NCBI GenBank assembly: GCA_035646755.1
Contig: DASROV010000289.1
Span: 1 to 24,673 of the forward strand
Length of the DNA stretch: 24,673 nucleotides
Reading direction: 5' to 3'
DNA from: Trueperaceae bacterium
GTDB taxonomy: Bacteria > Deinococcota > Deinococci > Deinococcales > Trueperaceae
A program made the position numbers and the translations under genes. Below, piece after piece: positions 16,101-24,265 of the stretch. The first letter of the stretch is position 1. Every line of letters starts with the position of its first letter. The notes beneath the pieces are model-generated. The model ran no database searches and had not been told where the DNA came from. It saw nothing but the letters and a program-made list of their open reading frames with translations.

Positions 16101-16263
16101 TGTTCGTCTTTTGCGCCTCGTTGGGCGGTAGTACTCGTAGCGCCGGCGGCGGAGGCGCCACCGAGCCCGAGTCGTCGGCGCCGGTATAGAGCCGACCTGG
16201 CTGGGTCAATGACATAATGGTGTTGTTGTCGTGGCCGGCCGAGCCGTGCTCGACGACCAGTAA

Positions 16264-16338
16264 GGGCGATTAGCTCAGCGGAAGAGCGTCCGCTTTACAC
16301 GCGGAGGGTCGGGGGTTCGAACCCCTCATCGCCCACCA
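16264..16338 (+). tRNA. tRNA-Val, anticodon TAC, encoded CCA
   Basis: Acceptor GGGCGAT/ATCGCCC, D stem GCTC/GAGC, anticodon stem TCCGC/GCGGA with loop TT-TAC-AC, T loop TTCGAAC, 3' ACCA. Confidence 0.97.
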
Positions 16339-16374
16339 AAGCCCACCGTCGTCGAGCCGCGAAGCTCCACGAAC

Positions 16375-17292
16375 CTAGCGCTCGTCCGCGTGGTAGTCCG
16401 CGGCCGAGATGAACTTCAGGGCCGCAGGCAAGATCCGGGCCTCCAGCGGAGTCTCGCCCACGACGTCACCGTCAACCTGGACCGGAAGCGGCGGCGTCGC
16501 TTCGATCCTGATGAGCGTGGCCGTCTCTAGTTCCGCCCGCGAAGCCCGTTTGTTGACAAGACGCAGCAGCTGACCGAGAGAGGCGAGTAGGCCGGGCGAG
16601 CGCATCACGGTCACCTTCAGCTGGCCGTCGTGCGGACGGGCGTCGGGCCCGACCCGCATGCCGAGCAGGTCGAACCTAGTGGCGTTGAGCACGGTGACCG
16701 TGTGCGCCCTCAAACCTGTCCGGCGGTCGTCAAGAGACATGGTTACGTCGTGGTTCTTGGACTTCCTGAGGTTGGCGAGGGTCGCTTTGAGGTAGGCGAG
16801 GGCGCCCAGTCGTGCCTTCTCATCGGCGTCGGCGTCGCGGTTGATCTCGGCGTCGAGGCCGGCCCCGAAGAACAGCAGTGAGATCGTGTCGTGCGAGACG
16901 ACCTCGGCGACGTCAACGTCGACAAGCCGGCCAGTTGCCAGCGCGGCGAGCGTCTCGGCCGGCTCGAGCGGCAGCCCTAGCACGCGCGCCATGCCGTTGC
17001 CGGTACCGAGCGGGATGATCCCGATGATCGCGCCGGCACCCGAGCGCAGCACGCCATGAGCCACCGCCGTCACGGTGCCGTCGCCGCCGCCGGCGACGAC
17101 GACGTCGTAGCCCTCCTCGCCGGCCCCCTCCGCCCAGGTGAAGGCGTCCTCCGGTCCCTCGGTAACCCTCACGTCGACCTCACTGGCGCCGGTTGCACGT
17201 AGGTCGTTACCAAGCGACTGGACCAGCCCCTCGGCCTCACCCTTGCCGCTCGACGGGTTGAGGATGGCGAGCACTCGCTTGCCTGTGAACAT
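16375..17292 (-). CDS. Diacylglycerol kinase family (YegS/DgkB-like) lipid kinase
   Basis: NPSSGKG, GGDGTV, GIIPLGTGNGMAR, GAGLDA, QVDGD. Confidence 0.92.
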   Translation of the reverse strand: MFTGKRVLAILNPSSGKGEAEGLVQSLGNDLRATGASEVDVRVTEGPEDAFTWAEGAGEEGYDVVVAGGGDGTVTAVAHGVLRSGAGAIIGIIPLGTGNGMARVLGLPLEPAETLAALATGRLVDVDVAEVVSHDTISLLFFGAGLDAEINRDADADEKARLGALAYLKATLANLRKSKNHDVTMSLDDRRTGLRAHTVTVLNATRFDLLGMRVGPDARPHDGQLKVTVMRSPGLLASLGQLLRLVNKRASRAELETATLIRIEATPPLPVQVDGDVVGETPLEARILPAALKFISAADYHADER

Positions 17293-17367
17293 CGCCAGTA
17301 AGCGTAGTCCGACCAGCCATGAGACTGGGCGGTACTCGCGCCTCCCGGCCGGCGAGGCTGTGTCGCC

Positions 17368-19521
17368 CTAATCGGTCGAGGTTTGTCGCTCTGAGATCAT
17401 GTCGAGGAACTCGTCGGCGATCTTGGGGTCGAAGTGGCTGCCTGCCCCGGCGCGGATGTGGGCGAGCGCGCGCTCCGCGGTCCAGGCCCGCCGATACGGC
17501 CTATCGGAGATCAGCGCGTCGTAGACGTCGACTACCGCGAACAGGCGAGCCGTCAAGGGTATCTGCTCGCCCTTCAGCCCGCGTGGGTAGCCCTCCCCGT
17601 CCCAGCGCTCGTGATGCGCGTAGGGGATGTCGAGTGCGGGACGCAGGAACGGGATCGACGACAGGAGTTGGTTGGCGAACGTCGTGTGCTGTCTCATGAT
17701 CTGCCACTCGTCGGCGTCCAGCTTGCCCGGCTTGAGGAGAATCGCGTCGGGTACCCCCATCTTGCCGATGTCGTGCAGCAACGAGCCGCGCCTTACCTGC
17801 ACCAGCTGGTCACCGGTAAGGCCGAACCGCGCCGCCAACTGGACACTTAGCTCGGTAACGCGGCGGCTGTGGCCCTCGGTCTCCTCGTCCTTGAGGTCGA
17901 GTGCCCGCGACAGGCTTTCGATGGTCATGTCGTACGCCTGCCGCAGCTCGATGTTCGAGCGCTCGAGGCCCTCGAACAACGACGAGCTGTCAAGGGCGAT
18001 CGCCGCCTGGACCGAGAGCGCGTCGAGGAAGTCGTGCCAGTCGTCCTGCGTCGGAAGCGAGGCGGTGTCGAAAAGCTCGAGCACGCCTTGCAGCCGCCCC
18101 TTGGCGACGAGCGGCACCGCCATGTATCCGTGGAAGGGCGTCTCGCCGGCGGCCGCACCGGGTTCAACGACGTCGGCCAGGGCGGCTTGACCGTCGAGCG
18201 TTACCGTCTCCCTCTCCAGGGCCGCTTGACCGGCGGGCCCCTCGCCCAGGCGCAACCGCAACGACCGCGGGCGGATGCTGCCGAAGCCTTGGCCGGCGCC
18301 GAAACGAAGGGTCTTGTCGACCTGGTCATGAAGCAGGATGCGGGCCGCCGGCACGCCGAGCCGGCCGCGAACCTGATCGAGCACCACGCTCAACGTGAGG
18401 TCGAGATCGAGGCTGCCGATTATCGCCATGTCGATCTCACGCAAGGCGACCAACCGCTCGAGGCGACGGGCGAGCTCCTCGTTGAGGGTCTCGATGCGGG
18501 CGTGGGCGCTATCGATCTCCGAGCGGTCTATTCCGACGCAGACGATGTATTCATCACCACCAAGCGCCGCGCGCGTGCCGCTGAGAAAGTACGGCGTGGT
18601 GCTGCCATCCTTGGCGAGGACGCGCACTATCGCGGAGTCGTGGCCCCGCTCGAGGACCGTCTCGAGCCGCGACGCGACCGCGGGCTTATCGCCTGACTCG
18701 AACATCGCCAGGGGCGGAAGCTCGCCGATCTCCTCGTCGCTGTAGCCGGTAACGCGTTGGAACTCGGCGTTCCACCGTATGAGCGAGCCCGTGGCGTCTC
18801 GCACGTAGAACAGCCCAGGAAGGCTCTCCACGACCGCGTCGCTGAACTCCTTCTCCTTGCGGAGCTCGTGCTCGGCGCGTATCCGCTCGCTTAGCAGGGC
18901 CTTCAACGTCGCCTGGTAGCGGTAGCCGAAGCGGTCGAGAAGGAACGCCAGCGTGGCGAACACCAGGTTGAACTGCAACGCCACCATGAGGGCGTTGCCG
19001 CCGACGATCTCCGCCGCGCCGGCCGCTGCAGGCGCGGCGTGTATGAAGGCGGCAGCGAGCACTACCGCCATGCTCACGCCGGCTATCACCGCAAGGCCGA
19101 GGCGGTCGAGCAGCAGTCCCGCCATCACCAGAGGCAGGAAGAAGAGCAGTAGCACGGCACCGTTGCCGTCGATGCCGATCGCCAGGACGGGAATCGCGGC
19201 GGCCGTCAGCAGCAGACCGGCGGTTAGCAGCGTGGCGGCGAGCATCCGGCCCCTGCGGTTCAACCACATCGACACGAGCACCGTGCCGATGAGCAACACA
19301 TTGGGTAGCAGTGCCCTCGGCGTGAATATCGCGCTTCCTAGCAGCACAGCGTTGACAACGAAGGTGATGAGGCCGATCGCCAGGCTCACCCACAGGGCGG
19401 CATTGACGACCGCGCTGCGCTGCCTTTGGAGCGCCGCGAGGACCTCTCTTGCGTCGGAGTCGGAGTCCACGCTCAACTGGCTACTGGTCCAGCGCGCGGC
19501 GCCGGACTCCTTGGCGGGCAA
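17368..19521 (-). CDS. Membrane-anchored PAS-GAF-HD-GYP c-di-GMP phosphodiesterase
   Basis: About 5-6 hydrophobic N-terminal segments; PAS (WNAEFQRVTGYS); GAF (YMAVPLVAKGRLQGVLEL); HD-GYP (ETEGHSRRV, LLHDIGK, HHERWDGEGYPRGLKG, VDVYDAL..RPYR). Exact start uncertain. Confidence 0.93.
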   Translation of the reverse strand: MPAKESGAARWTSSQLSVDSDSDAREVLAALQRQRSAVVNAALWVSLAIGLITFVVNAVLLGSAIFTPRALLPNVLLIGTVLVSMWLNRRGRMLAATLLTAGLLLTAAAIPVLAIGIDGNGAVLLLFFLPLVMAGLLLDRLGLAVIAGVSMAVVLAAAFIHAAPAAAGAAEIVGGNALMVALQFNLVFATLAFLLDRFGYRYQATLKALLSERIRAEHELRKEKEFSDAVVESLPGLFYVRDATGSLIRWNAEFQRVTGYSDEEIGELPPLAMFESGDKPAVASRLETVLERGHDSAIVRVLAKDGSTTPYFLSGTRAALGGDEYIVCVGIDRSEIDSAHARIETLNEELARRLERLVALREIDMAIIGSLDLDLTLSVVLDQVRGRLGVPAARILLHDQVDKTLRFGAGQGFGSIRPRSLRLRLGEGPAGQAALERETVTLDGQAALADVVEPGAAAGETPFHGYMAVPLVAKGRLQGVLELFDTASLPTQDDWHDFLDALSVQAAIALDSSSLFEGLERSNIELRQAYDMTIESLSRALDLKDEETEGHSRRVTELSVQLAARFGLTGDQLVQVRRGSLLHDIGKMGVPDAILLKPGKLDADEWQIMRQHTTFANQLLSSIPFLRPALDIPYAHHERWDGEGYPRGLKGEQIPLTARLFAVVDVYDALISDRPYRRAWTAERALAHIRAGAGSHFDPKIADEFLDMISERQTSTD

Positions 19522-19690
19522 CTGAAGTTAGGTCGCGGCGTCGTATAACGATTGCAAGAAGCGTGCCATGAGGCATCGTGTGAGATGTCGCCACCCCCGA
19601 GCTGGAGTCTTCCCCCTCCCGATTACACAACCGCCGCTGGCGTCCGAAGGTGAGATAGGGCACGCAGCTTGGTAGCCGCGGCGTGGCTGT

Positions 19691-20932
19691 TCAACGTCCG
19701 GCCAGCCACCCCATGGTCTTCTCCGCAAGGCGGTCGAGCGCCACTACTGACTGCTCGAGGTGCTCCTCCTTGGTGTCTTCGATCTTGTTGTGCGAGATGC
19801 CGTGGAGGCTCTGCACGAACAGCATCACCGTAGGTACGCCGCCACGGGCCACCTCTGCGGCGTCATGTAGCGGGCCGCTTGGCAGCCGGTGCGAGACACC
19901 CGCCGCTTCCATCACGGCCTCGTCGGCGAGCTCGATGAGCTCGGGGTGGAACGGCATCGGGTCGATGCTCCACAGATGACTCCAGGCGACCTCGACGTCG
20001 CCCTCGGCTGCGAAGCCCTCGCTTGCCCGCTTGGCCGCCGCTAGCATCTTGGCCAAGGCGCCGCCATCGAGATGACGTTGATCGAGCGTGATGTCACACT
20101 CAGCGACCACTGACGTGACGATGCCGGGCCGCGTCTGGCACGAGCCGATGGTGCACACCCCGCCGAGCTCGTCCGTAATGCGATAGATCTCGGGGCTCAT
20201 GCGGGCAGCCGCCAGGAACGCATCGCGCCGGCGGTTCATCGGCGTCGAGCCGGAGTGCGCGGCCTGCCCCGTGAAGTGGACGCCGTGGCGCTCCACGCCG
20301 AAGGTGCCGAGCACCACGCCGAGCGGCAGGTCGAGATCGAGCAGCACCGGGCCCTGTTCGACGTGTAGCTCAAGGTAAGCGCCGGCCTTGGCCAGTTCCT
20401 CGTGGGCCTCGCCCATGCGGTCTAGGTCAACGCCGCAACGCGCCAGGGCATCGGCGAGGCGCACGCCTTCGGCGTCCGTCCGCTCGCGCTCCTCGCCTGG
20501 CACCATGGTGCCGCCGCAAGCACTCGAGCCCAACAGGCTGCGGCCGAAGCGAGCACCCTCCTCATCGGCCCAGTCGACGAGGCGCACGGTCATCGGGGGC
20601 CTGCCGTCGTAGCGCTCCTTGATGGCTCGAATCGACTCGAGGCCGGCAAGCACGTTGAGGGAGCCGTCGAGCCAACCGCCGCCCGGCACCGAGTCCATGT
20701 GCCCGCCGATGAGCAGCTCGGTATCGGCGTCGCCGGCCAGCGTCGACCACACGTTCCCGGCCGCGTCCATGTGAGTCTCGAGCCCGAGGGCGTCGAGCTT
20801 CTGCCGCAACCAGCGGCGCGAGTCGAGCCAGGTGTCGGTCCAGGCGACGCGCCAGGCGCCGTTCTCGTCACCGGTGAGTCGCCGCAGGTCCTTGAGTTCC
20901 GAGACGGTGCGTTTGGGGTCGAGTTGACTCAT
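19691..20932 (-). CDS. M20 family Zn amidohydrolase (N-carbamoyl-amino-acid hydrolase / allantoate amidohydrolase-like)
   Basis: GGHMDSVP.GG.LDG, DEEGARFG, ELHVEQGP, GQAAHSGSTPM, SGPLHDA, ISHN; ATG 20932 with GGGAGG SD. Confidence 0.92.
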   Translation of the reverse strand: MSQLDPKRTVSELKDLRRLTGDENGAWRVAWTDTWLDSRRWLRQKLDALGLETHMDAAGNVWSTLAGDADTELLIGGHMDSVPGGGWLDGSLNVLAGLESIRAIKERYDGRPPMTVRLVDWADEEGARFGRSLLGSSACGGTMVPGEERERTDAEGVRLADALARCGVDLDRMGEAHEELAKAGAYLELHVEQGPVLLDLDLPLGVVLGTFGVERHGVHFTGQAAHSGSTPMNRRRDAFLAAARMSPEIYRITDELGGVCTIGSCQTRPGIVTSVVAECDITLDQRHLDGGALAKMLAAAKRASEGFAAEGDVEVAWSHLWSIDPMPFHPELIELADEAVMEAAGVSHRLPSGPLHDAAEVARGGVPTVMLFVQSLHGISHNKIEDTKEEHLEQSVVALDRLAEKTMGWLAGR

Positions 20933-21064
20933 GCTGCCTCCCAGGCAAAGCCGCCTCACCGCCGCTACCGCCAGCGCACGACGCCGGCAACGACAGCGAG
21001 CCAGGTTGGATTTCTTGGCATCGTACCGTCTTCTTGCCGGCGGCCGTCCCGCCTTGCGGGCTGG

Positions 21065-23050
21065 TCAGCTGGCCGCTATGCGGTTGCGTCCGGCGTGCTT
21101 GGCCCGGTAGAGACGGCTGTCGGCCAGCTTCAGCAGCGCGGGGGCGAGCTGCGGTCCGGCCACCTCGGTCGACGAGACCACGCCGGCGCTCACGGTGACG
21201 CTCAAGTCGGCAGCCACCGCCGACCATGCGAAGTCCGCGATCGCGCCCCGCGCCTTGTCGGCGACGGCCAGGGCGGCGGCGTGACCGGTGTGCGGTAACA
21301 GCACCGCGAACTCCTCACCGCCCCAGCGGGCCACGACGTCGCTGTGCCTGAACGTCGCGCGTAGCGTCGTGGCCACCTGACGCAGCACCTCGTCGCCGAT
21401 CAGATGTGAGTGGCGGTCGTTGATCATCTTGAAGTTGTCGACGTCGATGAGGATGAGGCTCAACGGTTGGTCGCTTCTGCGCGCGCGCCTGAGTTCTTCC
21501 TCGAGCCTGCGGTTGAGGTAGCGCCGGTTGTACTGCTCGGTTAGCTCGTCCGTGGTGCTTATGCGCTCGAGCCGCTCGGCCTGCCGGCGCAGGGTCCGGT
21601 TCGCCTCGGCCAACACCCGGCTGGTAAGAGCCGGCAACTCGTGGTCCGCCGCCAGTCCCGACTCGAGTTCGCCGAGCATGACGTTGAGCATCGACTCGCC
21701 GCGCTGCGCCTGGAGCTCGTCGTTCCGGTCGAGATAGCGGGACAGTCGCGCGTACGCCTCGTCGTAGCGTCCCAACTCGGCTAGCGCCGTCGCCTGTTCC
21801 TTTAGCAGCGCGAACGAGGTGACCTCGGCGCCGTCCCGTTTGGCGCACGCCTCAGCCAGTTCGAACTCGCCGAGGGCGGGTTCGAAGCGGCCAAGAGCGA
21901 ACAACGCGCGGCCGTACGCCTCGTGAGCCTCGCCTTCGAAGGGCAACTCGGCGTCGCCGAACACCTGCAGCGCCGCCTCGAACCAGGCAGTTGCGCCGTC
22001 GTGCTCACCCATCTCGCTGTAGCAGGTGCCGAGCTTCGCCAGGGTGGCGCCAACATAAGCTCTGCGGCCGACCCCCCTGAAGATCTGCAGCGCCTCGGCG
22101 AGGGCGCCGGCCCCTTCACGGTGGCGACGCTGACCCACCAGCGCTCGGCCCTGGTTGCCCGCGGCGATGCCCTCCCGGAACCTGTCACCCGCCTCCCCGA
22201 ACCCTGCACGCGCCCGCGTGAAACAGCCGAGCGCCTCATCTAACCTGTCACGCGCGACGTACACGTTGCCGAGGTTGTTGAGCAGCGACGGCGTTACCGC
22301 TTCACCCGCGGCCTCAAGGACGGCGATGCCGGCGCGCAGGTGCTCGATCACGCGTTCGTCGAACTCGCGCATGCCATAGACCGAGGCGATGTCGTTGTGG
22401 GCGCGCGCGCACAAGCGAGGCAGCGCGAAGTGGGTGGCCGTCGCGAGCGCCGCCCTGCCGAAGTGCAGGGCATTGCCGAGGTCGTTGGAGAGGCAGGCGC
22501 TGCGCAGCCCGACGAGCAGGTTCTCGGCGACGATCGCGCCGAGCTCGCTAGGTATGGCCGACGGCGCGATGCGCGCCAGCCGGGCGGCCAGGGGCGATTT
22601 CGCCTTCGTCTTGACGCTCTGCTCAGCCGACGGGTCGTGGAACCTGGCCGCCGGTGGGGCGTCGTCGGACAAGTGGCCTGCGCGCCCTGCGGCCGCTCCG
22701 GTGGAGCCCTCGTCGCACAGGCGCTCTAGGGCCTCGATGCCGCCAAGGACCTCGTCGTAGGCAGCTTCCACGTCGTCCAAGACCAGGAGCGAAGCCGCGC
22801 GGATGGCGTGGGCCCGGAGCCTAAGTTCCGGGTCTTGCCTCACCGTCACGTAGCTCGCCCGCTGGGCGCCCTCGGTGAGCGTCGCAGCGGTGTCGGGCGC
22901 CACCGAGGCGACGAGCCGCAAGGCTTCGAGTGGAGCGTCGGTGCGCAGCGACCAGGCCCTCGCCAGCACCTCGGGAGGCGCCGCCTGAGCGTCAAGCACG
23001 GCGGCTTCCTTTACACCCGCTGCCGGCTGCGGCGACTGATCTAGCGACAT
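21065..23050 (-). CDS. Tetratricopeptide-repeat diguanylate cyclase (TPR-GGDEF)
   Basis: TPR-like helices (LLNNLGNVY, ATLAKLGTCY); TTDELT, DVDNFKMIND, RHSD I-site, RWGGEEF active site. Confidence 0.93.
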   Translation of the reverse strand: MSLDQSPQPAAGVKEAAVLDAQAAPPEVLARAWSLRTDAPLEALRLVASVAPDTAATLTEGAQRASYVTVRQDPELRLRAHAIRAASLLVLDDVEAAYDEVLGGIEALERLCDEGSTGAAAGRAGHLSDDAPPAARFHDPSAEQSVKTKAKSPLAARLARIAPSAIPSELGAIVAENLLVGLRSACLSNDLGNALHFGRAALATATHFALPRLCARAHNDIASVYGMREFDERVIEHLRAGIAVLEAAGEAVTPSLLNNLGNVYVARDRLDEALGCFTRARAGFGEAGDRFREGIAAGNQGRALVGQRRHREGAGALAEALQIFRGVGRRAYVGATLAKLGTCYSEMGEHDGATAWFEAALQVFGDAELPFEGEAHEAYGRALFALGRFEPALGEFELAEACAKRDGAEVTSFALLKEQATALAELGRYDEAYARLSRYLDRNDELQAQRGESMLNVMLGELESGLAADHELPALTSRVLAEANRTLRRQAERLERISTTDELTEQYNRRYLNRRLEEELRRARRSDQPLSLILIDVDNFKMINDRHSHLIGDEVLRQVATTLRATFRHSDVVARWGGEEFAVLLPHTGHAAALAVADKARGAIADFAWSAVAADLSVTVSAGVVSSTEVAGPQLAPALLKLADSRLYRAKHAGRNRIAAS

Positions 23051-23119
23051 CGCTTAGAACCTAACCTTGTGCCCCGCGCGCTGGTGGACGTTTCCTCACG
23101 GTGTTGGCGGGCCGCAAGC

Positions 23120-23992
23120 TTAGCGCTCACGCATGACGGCGTGCGCGGCACGCACGAGGCCGTCGCCGTCGCCGTGGACACCGAGTCGGCGGAACGAGGT
23201 GACTATCGATCTGGCGTCGCGGGCGAGCAGCTCGAGCGCGGGCCGGCTCGCCTCGATCTCGACCATCTGCGGGACATCTATCAACCAGACCTTGCCGTGG
23301 TGCCACAGCAGGTTGTAGGTCGAGAGGTCGCCGTGAACCAACCCCAGCTGCGCGAGCCGCGTGAACAGCGCTTCGGTCTGGGCGAAGGCCGACTCCGCCT
23401 CCGGCTTGGCCAGCCTGACGTCCGAGAGGCGCGGAGCGGGCACATCGCCGTCGCCCACGAACTCCATGAGCACCACGCTGCCTGCCTCATCGATGGCGCT
23501 CGGTTCGGGGCCGACGGCCGGGCGCGGTACCGGCAGACCCTCGCGGTGAAGGCGCCACAAGTAGTGGTACTCGCGCGTTACCCAGATGCCCTGCTGCACC
23601 CGCTTGCCCGTCCTGCTACGGCTCTGCATCGCCTTGCGAGCACGCGCGTCGCTCACGTAGAACCCACTCCAGTAGACGGCGTCGTTGCGGAAGGTACGCA
23701 CGTCGATGTCGGCGTATACCTTCGCCGCCAGGCGCTCCTCGCCCTTGGCGACGAGGAACACCGTCGCCTCCTTGCCGCCTTTGAGCTCGCCGACGAAGCG
23801 GTCGAAGTAGCCGCGGTCGTAGAGCATCTGCATGTCGGCGTCGGCGAACTCGGTCGTGCTGGTGGGCCGCGGCTGGCCCGCAGCCCACAACAGGTCTCGC
23901 CTTGTGCGCTTGACCTTCGGCCCAGCGCCTTTGTGCTTTCGTCTTGTCTCGACGCCCTCATCGAGGGCGTCCTCTTCGTCAAGGTAAGGCAA
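23120..23992 (-). CDS. RIO1-family atypical serine kinase/ATPase
   Basis: LKGGKEATV, AKVY, GLPVPRP, VLMEFVG, HGDLSTYNLL, LIDVPQ. TTG at 23992 lies 6 nt after GGAGGA; the track's 24097 start looks over-extended. Confidence 0.88.
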   Translation of the reverse strand: MPYLDEEDALDEGVETRRKHKGAGPKVKRTRRDLLWAAGQPRPTSTTEFADADMQMLYDRGYFDRFVGELKGGKEATVFLVAKGEERLAAKVYADIDVRTFRNDAVYWSGFYVSDARARKAMQSRSRTGKRVQQGIWVTREYHYLWRLHREGLPVPRPAVGPEPSAIDEAGSVVLMEFVGDGDVPAPRLSDVRLAKPEAESAFAQTEALFTRLAQLGLVHGDLSTYNLLWHHGKVWLIDVPQMVEIEASRPALELLARDARSIVTSFRRLGVHGDGDGLVRAAHAVMRER

Positions 23993-24096
23993 GCTGTTTC
24001 CTCCACCAAACTGCAAGGGGGTTTGATAGTCGACACGCGGGCGCGTCAACGCCACCACCACTTGGTGGAGCACCGCAGGAGGCGGTGCAGCGAACA

Positions 24097-24156
24097 CTAC
24101 TTCAGGTTCGCCCGACGGCGGAGCGCGCTGGGGGTGACTCCGTAATCGCTTGTCAT
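24097..24156 (-). CDS. Candidate 19-aa leader peptide MTSDYGVTPSALRRRANLK upstream of the RIO kinase
   Basis: ATG 24156 preceded by GAGGTGGTGAG; candidate -10 TAAGAT at 24199-24194; the stop codon lies in the loop of a downstream hairpin. Translation is not demonstrated. Confidence 0.35.
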   Translation of the reverse strand: MTSDYGVTPSALRRRANLK

Positions 24157-24265
24157 GGCGCTCACCACCTCTCGATTGAGCTCTTCGCGCGACATCTTAG
24201 CGCAAGTTGAGCGGGGGCGGGGCTGGCTCGACCCAGGGACCCGACGAAGCGTTACCCTTCGCAAC

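Noticed and set aside
16000-16215. 71-aa minus-strand ORF between the HExxH gene and the tRNA
   Set aside because: Pro-rich, motif-free, no SD, and overlaps the predicted promoters.
14894-16338. Prophage/ICE or canonical attL/attR pair
   Set aside because: No integrase, recombinase or phage gene nearby, and the repeat geometry is not the usual downstream 3' fragment.
19522-19690. c-di-GMP riboswitch upstream of the HD-GYP gene
   Set aside because: No class I or class II consensus recognisable; only short 4-bp hairpins.
22560-22720. Ala/Pro/Gly-rich insertion in the TPR-GGDEF protein as a frameshift scar or separate domain
   Set aside because: The frame stays open and TPR-like helices resume afterwards; most likely a disordered loop.
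23993-24097. N-terminal extension of the RIO kinase as given by the ORF track (start 24097); likewise extended starts at 9224, 8178, 13496 and 20959
   Set aside because: Better SD-supported or coupled starts lie downstream; the extensions are low-complexity or overlap neighbouring genes.
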